A stretch of DNA of 64,000 bases from Myxococcota bacterium. GTDB lineage: Bacteria; Myxococcota_A; UBA9160; UBA4427. The notes under the pieces were generated by a model. It was given only the letters and a program-made list of their open reading frames with translations, was not told the DNA's origin and did not search any database. Below are positions 1 through 9,492 of this stretch, piece after piece. The position numbers and the translations under genes are program-made. The first letter of the stretch is position 1; each line of letters begins with the position of its first letter. The stretch covers positions 32,001 through 96,000 of the forward strand of contig JAYZFK010000005.1 in the NCBI GenBank assembly GCA_036336835.1, in the 5' to 3' direction.

Positions 1-251
1 ACGATCGGCGGCGCGAGTTCCGTCCACTCTGCGGCGTCGTTCTTGGTGACCGTCAGAAAGCTCGCGCCCAGGAAGACACCCTCGACCCCGTGGATGCGAA
101 ACAGCGACCCGGCCAGCGCAGACTCCTCAGGCAGCGGCGGCTGGACGAAGTGCGCGCCGGAGCCGCCCTCGACCAGGGTCGACCCCAGCACCCACTTGAT
201 GCTGTTGGGATTCGGGGTGCGCTCGGCGTGCATGCGGAAGCCGAGATCCAT
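1..251 (-). CDS. NifU/Nfu N-terminal domain protein (Fe-S scaffold family), runs off the window edge
   Basis: Not in ORF track. Own translation MDLGFRMHAERTPNPNSIKWVLG...LFRIHGVEGVFLGASFLTVTK matches the Nfu_N pattern (TPNP..LKF; GV..VF...F.TVTK). Confidence 0.8.
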   Translation of the reverse strand, partial: MDLGFRMHAERTPNPNSIKWVLGSTLVEGGSGAHFVQPPLPEESALAGSLFRIHGVEGVFLGASFLTVTKNDAAEWTELAPPI

Positions 252-292
252 GACCAGCTCCTCGTAGCAGGGAGCACCAAGGGTAGCCCGCC

Positions 293-1096
293 TCAGTCGA
301 AGAGCACGTGTTCGGCGTCACCGAGGCTACAGACGTCGAAGCCGCGCGCGCGGGCCCGCTCGTGCTCCCGTGGTCCGTTGTAGCCCCAGGCGGCAAGCAC
401 ACAGCGCACGCCCAGCGAGGCCACATCTTCGAGGTGATTCACCTTGTCGTCGACGAAGCCGATCAGCTCGTACGGCACAGTCGTACGCCGTTGCAGCTCC
501 TCGAGGTGGGCGCGCTTGCTGACCCCCGTCTCCTTGTCGAGCACGCGGCGGTTCGCAAACAGATCGGTGATTCCGTAGCTGTCGAGCAGACGTTCGACCG
601 AGGCGCGATCCTTGGCCGTCGCGATCGCGAGCACTCGATCCCGGGCGCGCCTGCGCAAAATCGCCAGGAACTCGGGGTAGGGGCCCAGCAGTCCGTGCCA
701 GGTGTCGCTGTCGGCTTCGGCGAAGGCCGTGCGTTCGAGATAGAACCGCGAGTGAAAGGCGGCGAGGAACTCGGGATCGTTCGCCTCGATCTCGCACTTG
801 AAGGCATCGTAGTCGGCCTGGTCGCAAAGCGACCTTCCGGACTCGAGCGCAGCGAGCTCGACTCCGAAGTCCTCGGCACGGTTGCCAAGCGGCATGAAGT
901 CGACGTACTCCGCGTACAAGGGCAACGCCGTAACGAGATCGCGGTCGAGACCCCCTGGCGCGTGCTCGAGCGCAGACAGATGGCTCGCCAGCGGGCTCCC
1001 GCCGCGCAGCCCAACATACGCGCGGAGCGCGACCACGAAAGCTTCGGGAGCGCTGTCGGAGATCACCCCATCGAAGTCGAGCGCAAGGACCTGCAC
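293..1096 (-). CDS. HAD-superfamily hydrolase
   Basis: LALDFDGVISDS motif I, ATAK motif II, FVDDK motif IV, AAWGY. GTG start chosen. Confidence 0.85.
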   Translation of the reverse strand: MQVLALDFDGVISDSAPEAFVVALRAYVGLRGGSPLASHLSALEHAPGGLDRDLVTALPLYAEYVDFMPLGNRAEDFGVELAALESGRSLCDQADYDAFKCEIEANDPEFLAAFHSRFYLERTAFAEADSDTWHGLLGPYPEFLAILRRRARDRVLAIATAKDRASVERLLDSYGITDLFANRRVLDKETGVSKRAHLEELQRRTTVPYELIGFVDDKVNHLEDVASLGVRCVLAAWGYNGPREHERARARGFDVCSLGDAEHVLFD

Positions 1097-1155
1097 GGCC
1101 GGCGAAGCTAGCAGGGATGGTCGGCAAGGGTGCGCGCCGGGGTAGACTGCGTGCC

Positions 1156-2715
1156 ATGTCGTGGAAACCCGAGCTGGACGAGATCGCACGCCGCGTCGAA
1201 CGAGCCAAGACAATGGGTGGCGAGGAGCGAGTTGCCCGGGCGCGCGCCGCGGGGCGCCTCGACGTCCGCGAGCGCATCGATCGGCTGCTCGACGCTGGAT
1301 CGTTCCACGAGACGGGCGCCCTCGCCAGCCGGGTCGTATACGGCGACGACGGCGAGATCGAGTCCTACACGCCCTCCAACTTCGTCTGCGGACGCGGCCG
1401 CCTCGGCGGACGCGAGATCGTGGTCGGTTGCGACGACTTCACGGTGCGCGGTGGCGCGGCCGACGGCGCAATCGGCAACAAGATGGGCTGGGGAGAGCAG
1501 GCCGCGCTCGACCTGCGGCGCCCGCTCGTGCGGCTGGTCGACGGCACCGGTGGCGGTGGCAGCGTCAAGTCCAACGAGTCGATTCGCCGCTCCTACGTGC
1601 CCTACAACCCCAACTTCGAGGACTCCGTCGCGCTGCTGTCGACGGTGCCGGTGGTGGGGGCCGCGCTCGGCCCAGTCGCGGGCCTTGGCGCGGCGCGCGT
1701 CGCTGCATCGCACTTCTCGGTCATGGTGAAGGACACGAGCCAGCTCTTCGTGGCTGGCCCCCCCGTCGTCCGCCGAGCCTTCGGACGCGACATCGAGAAG
1801 CAGGAGCTCGGCGGCTCGCACATCCACACCCACGGCTCGGGCGCCGTCGACAACGAGGCGGCGAGCGAAGACGACGCCTTCACACAGATCGCACGCTTCC
1901 TGTCGTACCTGCCGGATTCGATCTACGAACCGCCGCCCCGCCTCGCACCCGAAGACGACCCGCTCCGCCCCGAGGAAGCGCTGCTCTCGATCGTACCGCG
2001 CGATCGACGCAAGACCTACGACATGCGCGAGCTCGTCCGTCTGGTCGTCGACCGCGATTCGTTCTTCGAGATCGGCCGCTACTTCGGCCGCTCGGTCCTG
2101 ACCGGGCTGGCACGCCTCGACGGCATCTCGGTCGGTGTGCTCGCGAACGATCCACGCCAGCTCGCGGGCTCTCCGGACGCCGCTGCCTGCGACAAGATGG
2201 GGCGCTTCGTCGACCTGTGCGACACGTTCCACGTTCCGGTGGTGAACTTCGTCGACAATCCCGGCTTCCAGGTCGGCGTCGAAGCCGAACGACGCGGCAC
2301 GATCCGCCACGGCGTGCGGGCGCTGTTCGCGATCTACCAGGCCGAAGTGCCGTGGGTCTCGATCCTGGTGCGCCGTTGCTTCGGCGTCGCCGGCGCCGGA
2401 CACGGCAAGCATCACCGCCTGAACCTTCGTTATGCCTGGCCTTCGGCCGAGTGGGGATCGCTGCCGATCGAGGGCGGTGTCGAGGCCGCCTACAAGCGGG
2501 TGATCGCGGCCGCCGACGATCCCGACAAGATGCGCCAGGATCTCGAGGACAAGCTCTCGACGCTGCGCTCGCCAATTCTCACCGCCGAGGCGTTCGGTGT
2601 GGAGGAGATCATCGACCCGCGCGCGACGCGCCAGCTGCTGATCGACTGGGCGCGCCGCGCGTACGAAATCGAAGGGACACAGCTCGGTCCGCGATCGCGC
2701 GGCATGCGTCCCTGA
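1156..2715 (+). CDS. Acyl-CoA carboxylase carboxyltransferase (beta) subunit
   Basis: GRLDVRERIDRLLD, DDFTVRGG, FVAGPPVV, ELGG, FVDNPGF carboxyl-transferase motifs. Confidence 0.9.
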   Translation: MSWKPELDEIARRVERAKTMGGEERVARARAAGRLDVRERIDRLLDAGSFHETGALASRVVYGDDGEIESYTPSNFVCGRGRLGGREIVVGCDDFTVRGGAADGAIGNKMGWGEQAALDLRRPLVRLVDGTGGGGSVKSNESIRRSYVPYNPNFEDSVALLSTVPVVGAALGPVAGLGAARVAASHFSVMVKDTSQLFVAGPPVVRRAFGRDIEKQELGGSHIHTHGSGAVDNEAASEDDAFTQIARFLSYLPDSIYEPPPRLAPEDDPLRPEEALLSIVPRDRRKTYDMRELVRLVVDRDSFFEIGRYFGRSVLTGLARLDGISVGVLANDPRQLAGSPDAAACDKMGRFVDLCDTFHVPVVNFVDNPGFQVGVEAERRGTIRHGVRALFAIYQAEVPWVSILVRRCFGVAGAGHGKHHRLNLRYAWPSAEWGSLPIEGGVEAAYKRVIAAADDPDKMRQDLEDKLSTLRSPILTAEAFGVEEIIDPRATRQLLIDWARRAYEIEGTQLGPRSRGMRP

Positions 2716-2774
2716 CCGCGGCGCCTTCCCGCAACCGATCGGACACGTCGATCGCGAACCTCGACACACCGTGT

Positions 2775-3161
2775 TCAGCGGGCCGAAGCTGCCTCGCAGC
2801 GATCGACCACGACTCGGACCCCGACCGAGTTCGTGTAGCCGCCGAACGGGTGGGACAGACGCGCTGCGAGATAGCGGCGCAAGAAGCACTGTCGCACTGC
2901 CTCGACGTCCGCCTCGTCCGCGATCGCTCGCGCCCGCCCGCGCAGCCGGTAGCGACCGATGCGGAGCTCGACGTCCTCGGAGGCCCGCAGGTTCCGATAC
3001 CAGTGCGGGCCGTTGACGCCGCCAGTGAGCACGACCTCGTCGCCGTCGAGCGCGAACCAGATCGTGACCGGCCGCGGCATGCCAGTCTTGCGCCCGACGG
3101 TGACGAGCTTGCAGTTCCAGGCGCGGTCGAGCGCGCGGCGGGTCTCATCGTCGAGAGTCAT
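2775..3161 (-). CDS. Deazaflavin (F420)-dependent nitroreductase-like protein (DUF385/Ddn family)
   Basis: LVTVGRKTG..R..IWF and HWYRNLRA motifs. Start overlaps the upstream stop. Confidence 0.75.
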   Translation of the reverse strand: MTLDDETRRALDRAWNCKLVTVGRKTGMPRPVTIWFALDGDEVVLTGGVNGPHWYRNLRASEDVELRIGRYRLRGRARAIADEADVEAVRQCFLRRYLAARLSHPFGGYTNSVGVRVVVDRCEAASAR

Positions 3162-3988
3162 TCGAGTCCTCCTGCCGCCGGCTCGATGCCGCGAGCGCGA
3201 AGTCGGTCGAGCAGGACCAGCGGCCAGTCGATGGTCGCTCCGTTCGCGCCGACTGCAAGCACGTGCTCCATCTCCGCGTCCGACTCGAGCCCCCACGCCC
3301 GAGTCTTGAGCCCGCGCGAGCGTGCGTGATCGACGAGTTCGCGCGAGAGCGCGCAGGCGCGTACGCCAACCATCGCAAAGCCGGCCAAGGCAGCGCGATC
3401 GACGCGCTCGCACTGGGACTCCACGTACTGCTCGCGCCGGCGCGCCGGCAGTGAAGACAGCCAGCCGCGCGGGTCGCGCAGCAGCAGACACGGGGACGCC
3501 GCCGCGTCGAGCTCGACGACCCTGACCAGGTCATCGAACGAAAACGACGTGACGACTGCTCGGCAGCCTGCACCGCGCTCGCGCAGCGCCGCCAGCACTC
3601 GTCCGGGCAGCTCGAGCTGCGTTCCCTTGAGCTCGACGTGATAGTCGAACGAGGCACCGAAACGGTCGAGCAGCTGCCCGAGCGTGGCGAGTGTGGTGCC
3701 GGCGTAGCGCTGCACTACCTCCGGGTGAGTGGCATCGAACCAGCGTCCGATGTCTGCCTCGAGCAGCTCCGTGGCATCGTGTCCGCCGACCGGTCCGGCG
3801 AGCGGCGTCTTGGCGTCCAGACGTTCGTCGTGAAACAGCACGAGCTCGCCGTCCCTACTCAGGCGAACGTCGAGCTCCACCTCTCGAAAACCGAGCTGCT
3901 GCGCATGTTCGAAGGCCGCGAGCGTGTTCTCGGGCGCATAGCCCGCTCCGCCGCGATGGGCGATTACATGGAAGCCCGCGTTTGCCAC
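3158..3988 (-). CDS. Glycerophosphodiester phosphodiesterase family
   Basis: IAHRG..GYAPENT, ELDVRLSRDG.LVLFHD, VELK. Confidence 0.9.
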   Translation of the reverse strand: MANAGFHVIAHRGGAGYAPENTLAAFEHAQQLGFREVELDVRLSRDGELVLFHDERLDAKTPLAGPVGGHDATELLEADIGRWFDATHPEVVQRYAGTTLATLGQLLDRFGASFDYHVELKGTQLELPGRVLAALRERGAGCRAVVTSFSFDDLVRVVELDAAASPCLLLRDPRGWLSSLPARRREQYVESQCERVDRAALAGFAMVGVRACALSRELVDHARSRGLKTRAWGLESDAEMEHVLAVGANGATIDWPLVLLDRLRARGIEPAAGGLE

Positions 3989-4096
3989 GCGATCGGGGTA
4001 CACCACCCCGCGGCCCGCGGCAATCACGCGTGTCCGGGCTAGGCTCCAGCCCCGAACCCGAACCCGGGCGTCGGCCCATTCGACCGGTACTGCGAC

Positions 4097-5443
4097 TTGC
4101 TGCAGACACTTCGCTCGCTGTTCGCGCCACCGCTGTCCGCCAGGACGGAGTACGGGACCGTAAAGGTCGCGTGGGTCGTGCGCCTGCGCTGGATCGCCCT
4201 GCTCGCCCAGCTCGGCACGATCTGGCCCGCGCTCTACTTCGGGCTGCTCGAACGCAAGGTACTCGCACCCTTTCTGGCCGGGATCGTTGTTCTCGGGACC
4301 CTCAACGTCGCGACCTGGCTGTGGTTACGGCGCGGCCGCGAGGCCAGCCAGACCCACGTCGTGTTGCAGCTGGCCGCGGATGCGATCACGCTCTCGGTCA
4401 TGCTAGGGCTCACTGGCGGTGCCTGGAACCCGCTGGCGCCCATCCTGTTCGTCCACGCCGTGCTTGGCTCTCTGCTGCTCGAGGGGCGGCTGAGTCTTTA
4501 CTTCTTCGGCGTGCTGATCGCTTGCCTGGCGGGCATTCAGACCTTCGCCTACATCCCACACGGCCTGCAGGGAAAGCTGGTGCCCTCCGAGATCCTGTTC
4601 CCGGCTCAGATGTTGTTCGCGGTCGTGTTCTGGATTCTCACGGGCTGGCTCTCGCGCACGCTCACCTCGCTGCAGAGCCACTTCTCGGTGATGCACGAGC
4701 GCCGGACCCGAATCGACCGCCTGCGGGCGGTCGGCGCGCTCGCAGCCGGCCTGTCGCACGAGTTCGCCACCCCGCTCAACACGGCCCAGCTCAAGCTGCG
4801 CCGGCTCGCTCGCATGCACGGACTCGCTGGCGATGACGATCTGGAGACGGCCACCGAAGCACTCGATCGCTGCGGCGAAGTGTTGCGCCACATGGCGGGA
4901 TCGCAGCTTCATCCCGACGGGCTCTCGCTCGAGGTCGTCGACGTCGACTTGCTCGTCGAGCGCGTGTGCACGAGCGTGTCCCAGGCGAACGAGGACGCGA
5001 CGATCAACTATCTGGCGACTGGACGCTCGCCGCGGCGCTCTCTGGTGCCCGCGGTAGCATTCTCCCAGGCCGTACTCAACCTGATCGACAACGCCCTGAA
5101 GTCCGCTGGCTCCGGCGCCCCGGTCGAAGTGATCGTGAGCCGGCACGCGGGCGTCGTCGACGTCTCGGTGCTCGACCGGGGCGATGGCTGGCCCGAGGTC
5201 GTGCGCAGACACTTCGGTGAGCCGTTCGTGACCACCCGCCCGGACGGCGTCGGCCTCGGCCTGTACTACGTCTACACGCTCGCCGAGGCGCTCGGTGCCG
5301 CACTGGTGCTCGAGGATCGCAGCATCGGCGGCGCGATTGCCCGCATCTCGCTGCCCGCAGTCTCGGTGGCGACGGCCCCCGATTCGACCTCCGACGGCGA
5401 GGAGCTACCGATCGCCGGCGCGAGCGCTGAGGCAACCCCGTGA
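4097..5443 (+). CDS. regB: RegB/PrrB-type redox sensor histidine kinase
   Basis: LRWIA, about 6 TM helices, TGGAWNP (GGxxNP) loop, H-box SHEFATPL, DRC cysteine, N-box NLIDNA, EPFVTT, G.GLGL. Confidence 0.8.
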   Translation: MLQTLRSLFAPPLSARTEYGTVKVAWVVRLRWIALLAQLGTIWPALYFGLLERKVLAPFLAGIVVLGTLNVATWLWLRRGREASQTHVVLQLAADAITLSVMLGLTGGAWNPLAPILFVHAVLGSLLLEGRLSLYFFGVLIACLAGIQTFAYIPHGLQGKLVPSEILFPAQMLFAVVFWILTGWLSRTLTSLQSHFSVMHERRTRIDRLRAVGALAAGLSHEFATPLNTAQLKLRRLARMHGLAGDDDLETATEALDRCGEVLRHMAGSQLHPDGLSLEVVDVDLLVERVCTSVSQANEDATINYLATGRSPRRSLVPAVAFSQAVLNLIDNALKSAGSGAPVEVIVSRHAGVVDVSVLDRGDGWPEVVRRHFGEPFVTTRPDGVGLGLYYVYTLAEALGAALVLEDRSIGGAIARISLPAVSVATAPDSTSDGEELPIAGASAEATP

Positions 5444-5973
5444 GCGAAGAGTCGCCGCGGCTGTTGATCGTCGAGGACGACGACCGGTTTGCGGAGACGT
5501 TGTCGGCCGAGTTCCGGGACCGCGGCTACGCAGTCACACGCGCCGCGAATCTCGACGAGCTGCGCAGTCTCGACGCAACCGGCGTTGGCTATGCGGTGGT
5601 CGATCTGCGGCTGCGCAGCGACTCGGGACTCGACGCGATCTCCGAGATCAAGCAGCATTCGCCGCACGCGCGGATCGTCGTACTGACTGGCTACGGCAGC
5701 ATCGCAACCGCCGTTCAAGCAACCAAGCTCGGCGCCATCCAATATCTGACCAAACCGATCGACATCGACGAGCTCGAGCGCGCTCTGCTGTCCGACGACT
5801 ACGAGGAGAGGCAGATCCCGGACCACTTCCAGAGCCTCGATCGCCACGAGCGTGAGTACATCGAGTGGGTGCTCTCGCAGTGTGACGGCAACATCAGCCA
5901 GACGGCGCGGCGCCTCGGCCTGCACCGCCAGAGCCTTCAGCGCAAGCTGCGCAAGTTCACGCCCCCGGACTAG
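5440..5973 (+). CDS. regA: RegA/PrrA-type response regulator
   Basis: Receiver domain (VEDD, VVDLRL, LTGYGSIATAV, YLTKP) plus RegA HTH CDGNISQTARRLGLHRQSLQRKL. GTGA overlap with the kinase. Confidence 0.85.
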   Translation: MSEESPRLLIVEDDDRFAETLSAEFRDRGYAVTRAANLDELRSLDATGVGYAVVDLRLRSDSGLDAISEIKQHSPHARIVVLTGYGSIATAVQATKLGAIQYLTKPIDIDELERALLSDDYEERQIPDHFQSLDRHEREYIEWVLSQCDGNISQTARRLGLHRQSLQRKLRKFTPPD

Positions 5974-5997
5974 GAGCCCGAGCCCGAAGCGAGACGG

Positions 5998-7140
5998 TCA
6001 GGAAACCGCCTTCGCCTCGCGCAGCGCCGCGATCTCAGCGGCGCCGAAGCCCCAATCGGCAAGGACCTCGTCGGTATTCTCGCCGACCCCGCGTGCCACA
6101 CTGCGCAGCTCGCCGGGTGTGCGGCTGAAGCGCGGTCCCGGCGCGGGAGGCTTCGCGCCCTCGAATGAGGCGAAGGTCCCGCGAGCGACGTTGTGAGGAT
6201 GTTCGGGCGCCTCGAGCATCGAGAGCACCGGCGCGGCGCAGACTTCGTGGCCCTCGAACACTTCGCACCACTCGTCGCGCGTCCGGGTCAGGAAGATCGC
6301 GGCGAACCGCTCCCGCATCGCGGGCCACTGGCTCTGGTCCATCTGACCTGGCAGACCCTCGCCCTCGAGCCCGAGGCAACGCAACAGTTCGGCGTAGAAC
6401 TGCGGCTCGATCGAGCCGATCGACATCCACTTGCCATCCTTCGTCTCGTAACACTGGTAGAAGTGGGCGCCGCCGTCGAGCAGATTGGTGCCACGGTCCT
6501 GGCTCCAGAAGCCCGTCTGCGCAGCACCGTAGATCGCGGCGCCGAGCGCCGCGGCGCCGTCGATCATCGCGGCGTCTACCACCTGTCCCTCTCCGGAGTC
6601 GCGCCGTTCGAGCAGGGCGGCGAGCATTCCGAAAGCGAGCCAGAGTCCGCCGCCACCGAAATCGCCAACCACGTTGAGCGGCGGGATCGGCGGCCCGCCC
6701 GCCGACCCGATGCCGTGCAGGAGTCCGGTCAGCGCGATGTAATTGAGATCGTGACCGACCGCATTCGCCCACGGACCCTGCTGCCCCCAGCCCGTCATAC
6801 GGCCGTAGACGAGGCGCGGATTGCGCGCGCAACACACGTCCGGGCCGATGCCGAGTCGCTCGGCCACACCCGGGCGAAAGCCCTCGATGAAGCCGTCCGC
6901 GGCATCGACGAATCTCAGCACCGTCTCGATGCCCTGCGGGTGCTTCAAGTCGACTGCGACGCTCTTGCGATTGCGGCCGAGAAAGTCGAACGGACCGCCG
7001 TTGCCGCGCAGCATCCCGCCGCCGGCTCGATCGACGCGCACGACCTCCGCACCAAGGTCGGCGAGCAGCATCGCCGCAAAAGGCGCGGGCCCGATGCCGA
7101 CGATCTCGATCACCCTGAGTCCGGAAAGCGGGCCTGCCAT
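5998..7140 (-). CDS. CaiB/BaiF CoA-transferase (alpha-methylacyl-CoA racemase-like)
   Basis: GPLSGLRVIE..GIGPAPF, EGFRPGVAERLG, GHDLNY, GDFGGG, NLLDGGA. Confidence 0.9.
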   Translation of the reverse strand: MAGPLSGLRVIEIVGIGPAPFAAMLLADLGAEVVRVDRAGGGMLRGNGGPFDFLGRNRKSVAVDLKHPQGIETVLRFVDAADGFIEGFRPGVAERLGIGPDVCCARNPRLVYGRMTGWGQQGPWANAVGHDLNYIALTGLLHGIGSAGGPPIPPLNVVGDFGGGGLWLAFGMLAALLERRDSGEGQVVDAAMIDGAAALGAAIYGAAQTGFWSQDRGTNLLDGGAHFYQCYETKDGKWMSIGSIEPQFYAELLRCLGLEGEGLPGQMDQSQWPAMRERFAAIFLTRTRDEWCEVFEGHEVCAAPVLSMLEAPEHPHNVARGTFASFEGAKPPAPGPRFSRTPGELRSVARGVGENTDEVLADWGFGAAEIAALREAKAVS

Positions 7141-7245
7141 ATCACCTCTCCCAGGTAGCCAGACTGCAGGATACACGGCGGCTGGCCCGCGGGCAGAAGC
7201 AGAGCTGGCCATGCTGCTACCGTGAAAACAAGCACTGGAGGACGC

Positions 7246-7668
7246 ATGACCGAGCGACACGAAGTCGAACAAGCCTGGCGCCACTTCGTCGCAGTCGGCG
7301 AGAGCGGCGACTGGAATGCCTGGGCCGATCTGCACAGCGAGAATGGGCGGTGGGTCGAGCACCACCTTGGCACCTTCGAGGGCCGAGAGGCAATCCGCAA
7401 GGCAATCGTCGACGTGATGAAGCCTGTGCCCATGATGGAGTTTCCAGTAGCGTGGCATAACATCGATGGAAATCGTGTCGTCTATTATCCGTGGCAAGTA
7501 CTGCCGGATCCGCAGGGCGGCGACACTGTGTACCGGTTTGGCTGCGTCACCATTCTCGAGTACGCCGGCGACGGGCTCTGGTCCTACCAGGAGGATCTCT
7601 ACAACCCGCGCGAGGGCGAGCAGGTGATCAAGGCCTGGCTCGCCGCCGGCGGCAAGCTGGCGAGCTGA
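7246..7668 (+). CDS. SnoaL/NTF2-like protein
   Basis: GGAGG RBS. WADLHSENG..EHHLG.FEGREAI and YQEDLYNP are typical NTF2-fold patterns. Confidence 0.8.
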   Translation: MTERHEVEQAWRHFVAVGESGDWNAWADLHSENGRWVEHHLGTFEGREAIRKAIVDVMKPVPMMEFPVAWHNIDGNRVVYYPWQVLPDPQGGDTVYRFGCVTILEYAGDGLWSYQEDLYNPREGEQVIKAWLAAGGKLAS

Positions 7669-7679
7669 TCGACCCACTC

Positions 7680-8504
7680 ATGCCCAGCGCCTCGAGGCAA
7701 TGGACGGCCGCGCTGCTTGCGGTGCTGCTTCCCCTGGGCGCCGCGAGAGCCGATCCGGGCGACGATCTGCTCTTGTTCCCCGAGTACCGGCTCGAATACG
7801 AGCCGAGCGATGGCGTGTTCACCCGCACCTGGCGCCGCAGCGCGAACGAGTCGCTCTCGTTGCTGAACGAGACGGTGAGCGACATCTGGAACATCACCCG
7901 GTCACCGCTCGACTGGCGCTGGCGCGAGTGGCTCACGGTGGCGGGTGTCGCGGGGACCGCTACCGCACTCATCTATCTCGGCGACGAGGACATCCGACAG
8001 CACGCGATCGACAGTTCGAATTTTCACAAGTTCGGCAACAAGGTCGACTTCCTGAGCGACGGCACGGCCTTCGTCGCGCTCACCGGCGGCTTCTTGCTCT
8101 CCGGAGCCCTGCTCCGCGACAAGGAGATCGAGACCGCAAAGCTACTGATCGAATCGGCCTCCATCGGCTACCTCTACACGGCCGGCCTCAAGCATCTCGT
8201 CGGGCGCCGGCGCCCGGGGCCGAGCGGCGCGCGGGATTTCGACCCCTTCTCGGGACAGCTCTCGATGCCCTCGGGCGAGGCGACACACGCCTTCGCGATG
8301 GCGTCGGTGATCGCCGAGCAGTACCCGAACTGGCCGGTGCGCATCGCGAGCTACGGCCTGGCTGCGAGCGTCGCGGCAGCGCGCATCGCGCGCGATGCGC
8401 ACTGGACGAGCGACGTGTTCGTGGCGGCGGCGATCGGGACGTTCGTCGGAAGGTCCGGCGCCTGGCTGCACCGCGAGCGCAATCGTCGGGCCGTGGAGGG
8501 CTAA
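7680..8504 (+). CDS. PAP2-family phosphatase, exported or membrane-bound
   Basis: Signal peptide, KHLVGRRRP, SMPSGEA (usual PSGH has E here), ARIARDAHWTSDV. Confidence 0.8.
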   Translation: MPSASRQWTAALLAVLLPLGAARADPGDDLLLFPEYRLEYEPSDGVFTRTWRRSANESLSLLNETVSDIWNITRSPLDWRWREWLTVAGVAGTATALIYLGDEDIRQHAIDSSNFHKFGNKVDFLSDGTAFVALTGGFLLSGALLRDKEIETAKLLIESASIGYLYTAGLKHLVGRRRPGPSGARDFDPFSGQLSMPSGEATHAFAMASVIAEQYPNWPVRIASYGLAASVAAARIARDAHWTSDVFVAAAIGTFVGRSGAWLHRERNRRAVEG

Positions 8505-8604
8505 CGTCTCGGCCTCGGCCCGAAACCGCTGCAAATCCGCCACTCCTTCCATCTCAGCACGCGCAGCATCGGCTGGACCGTCCGCTACTGATAGCATCGG
8601 GCCG

Positions 8605-9390
8605 ATGAGACTCGACGGCGGACGCGACATCGACTGGGGGCGCACCTCCCGCGACTACTCGGTCCATCGTCCGGGCCCGCCCCCGAGCTACTTCGACCGG
8701 CTCCAAGCTCTCGGCATCGGCACACCGGGCCAGCGACTGCTCGACCTCGCGACCGGGACGGGGACGGTGGCGCGCGGTTTCGCCAGCCGCGGTTGCCGCG
8801 TGGCGGGCATCGACATCGCGCGGGAGCAGGTCGAGATGGCACGCGCCAGCGCGAGCGAAGCAGGCCTCGACGTCGCTTGGCACGCCGGTCCGGTCGAGAT
8901 GCTCCCGTTCGAGCCAGCGAGCTTCGAGGCGGCAACGGCGAATCAGTGCTGGCTCTACTTCGACACCGCAAACCTGATCCCGGCCCTCGAGCGCGTGCTC
9001 ACACCCGGCGGCCTCGTCGCAATCACCCACTTCTCCTACATGCCGCGGCGAAGCGCACTCGCCCGCGCCTCCGAAGAACTCGTGCTGCGAGCCAACCCCG
9101 ACTGGGAAGGCGCCGACTGGAACGAGCGGGTACCGCTGTCCGAGGATTGGGCGGGCGCAGGCCTTCGACGACGCGCGCTGCTGGTGTACGACGAGCCTAT
9201 CGCGTTCACGCGCGAATCCTGGCGCGGGCGGATGCGCGCGCTGCGCGGCATCGGCCCGTCGCTCTCGCCCGACGCGGTCGAAGCCTTCGACCGCGAGCAC
9301 GCCGCGCTGCTCGACGAGATCGCTCCGCCGGAGTTCGAGATCCCGCACCGCATCGATCTGCACGTCTTCGGGTTCGACGCAGCCACCTAG
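8605..9390 (+). CDS. Class I SAM-dependent methyltransferase
   Basis: DWGRTSRDY..RP, LLDLATGTG, GIDI, QCWLYFD. Confidence 0.85.
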   Translation: MRLDGGRDIDWGRTSRDYSVHRPGPPPSYFDRLQALGIGTPGQRLLDLATGTGTVARGFASRGCRVAGIDIAREQVEMARASASEAGLDVAWHAGPVEMLPFEPASFEAATANQCWLYFDTANLIPALERVLTPGGLVAITHFSYMPRRSALARASEELVLRANPDWEGADWNERVPLSEDWAGAGLRRRALLVYDEPIAFTRESWRGRMRALRGIGPSLSPDAVEAFDREHAALLDEIAPPEFEIPHRIDLHVFGFDAAT

Positions 9391-9492
9391 CCCAGGCGAG
9401 CTCGTCGAGACTGCCGAGATCTATCCTGGCGGGGATCGAGAACGGCAAGTCGCTGCTCTCTGGCATTTCGAGGGCGACCGCTCGCAGGTCGA

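Noticed and set aside
4051..4067. Short tandem CCCGAA repeats (similar GAGCCC repeat near 5975)
   Set aside because: Only 2-3 units, which is expected by chance in GC-rich DNA.
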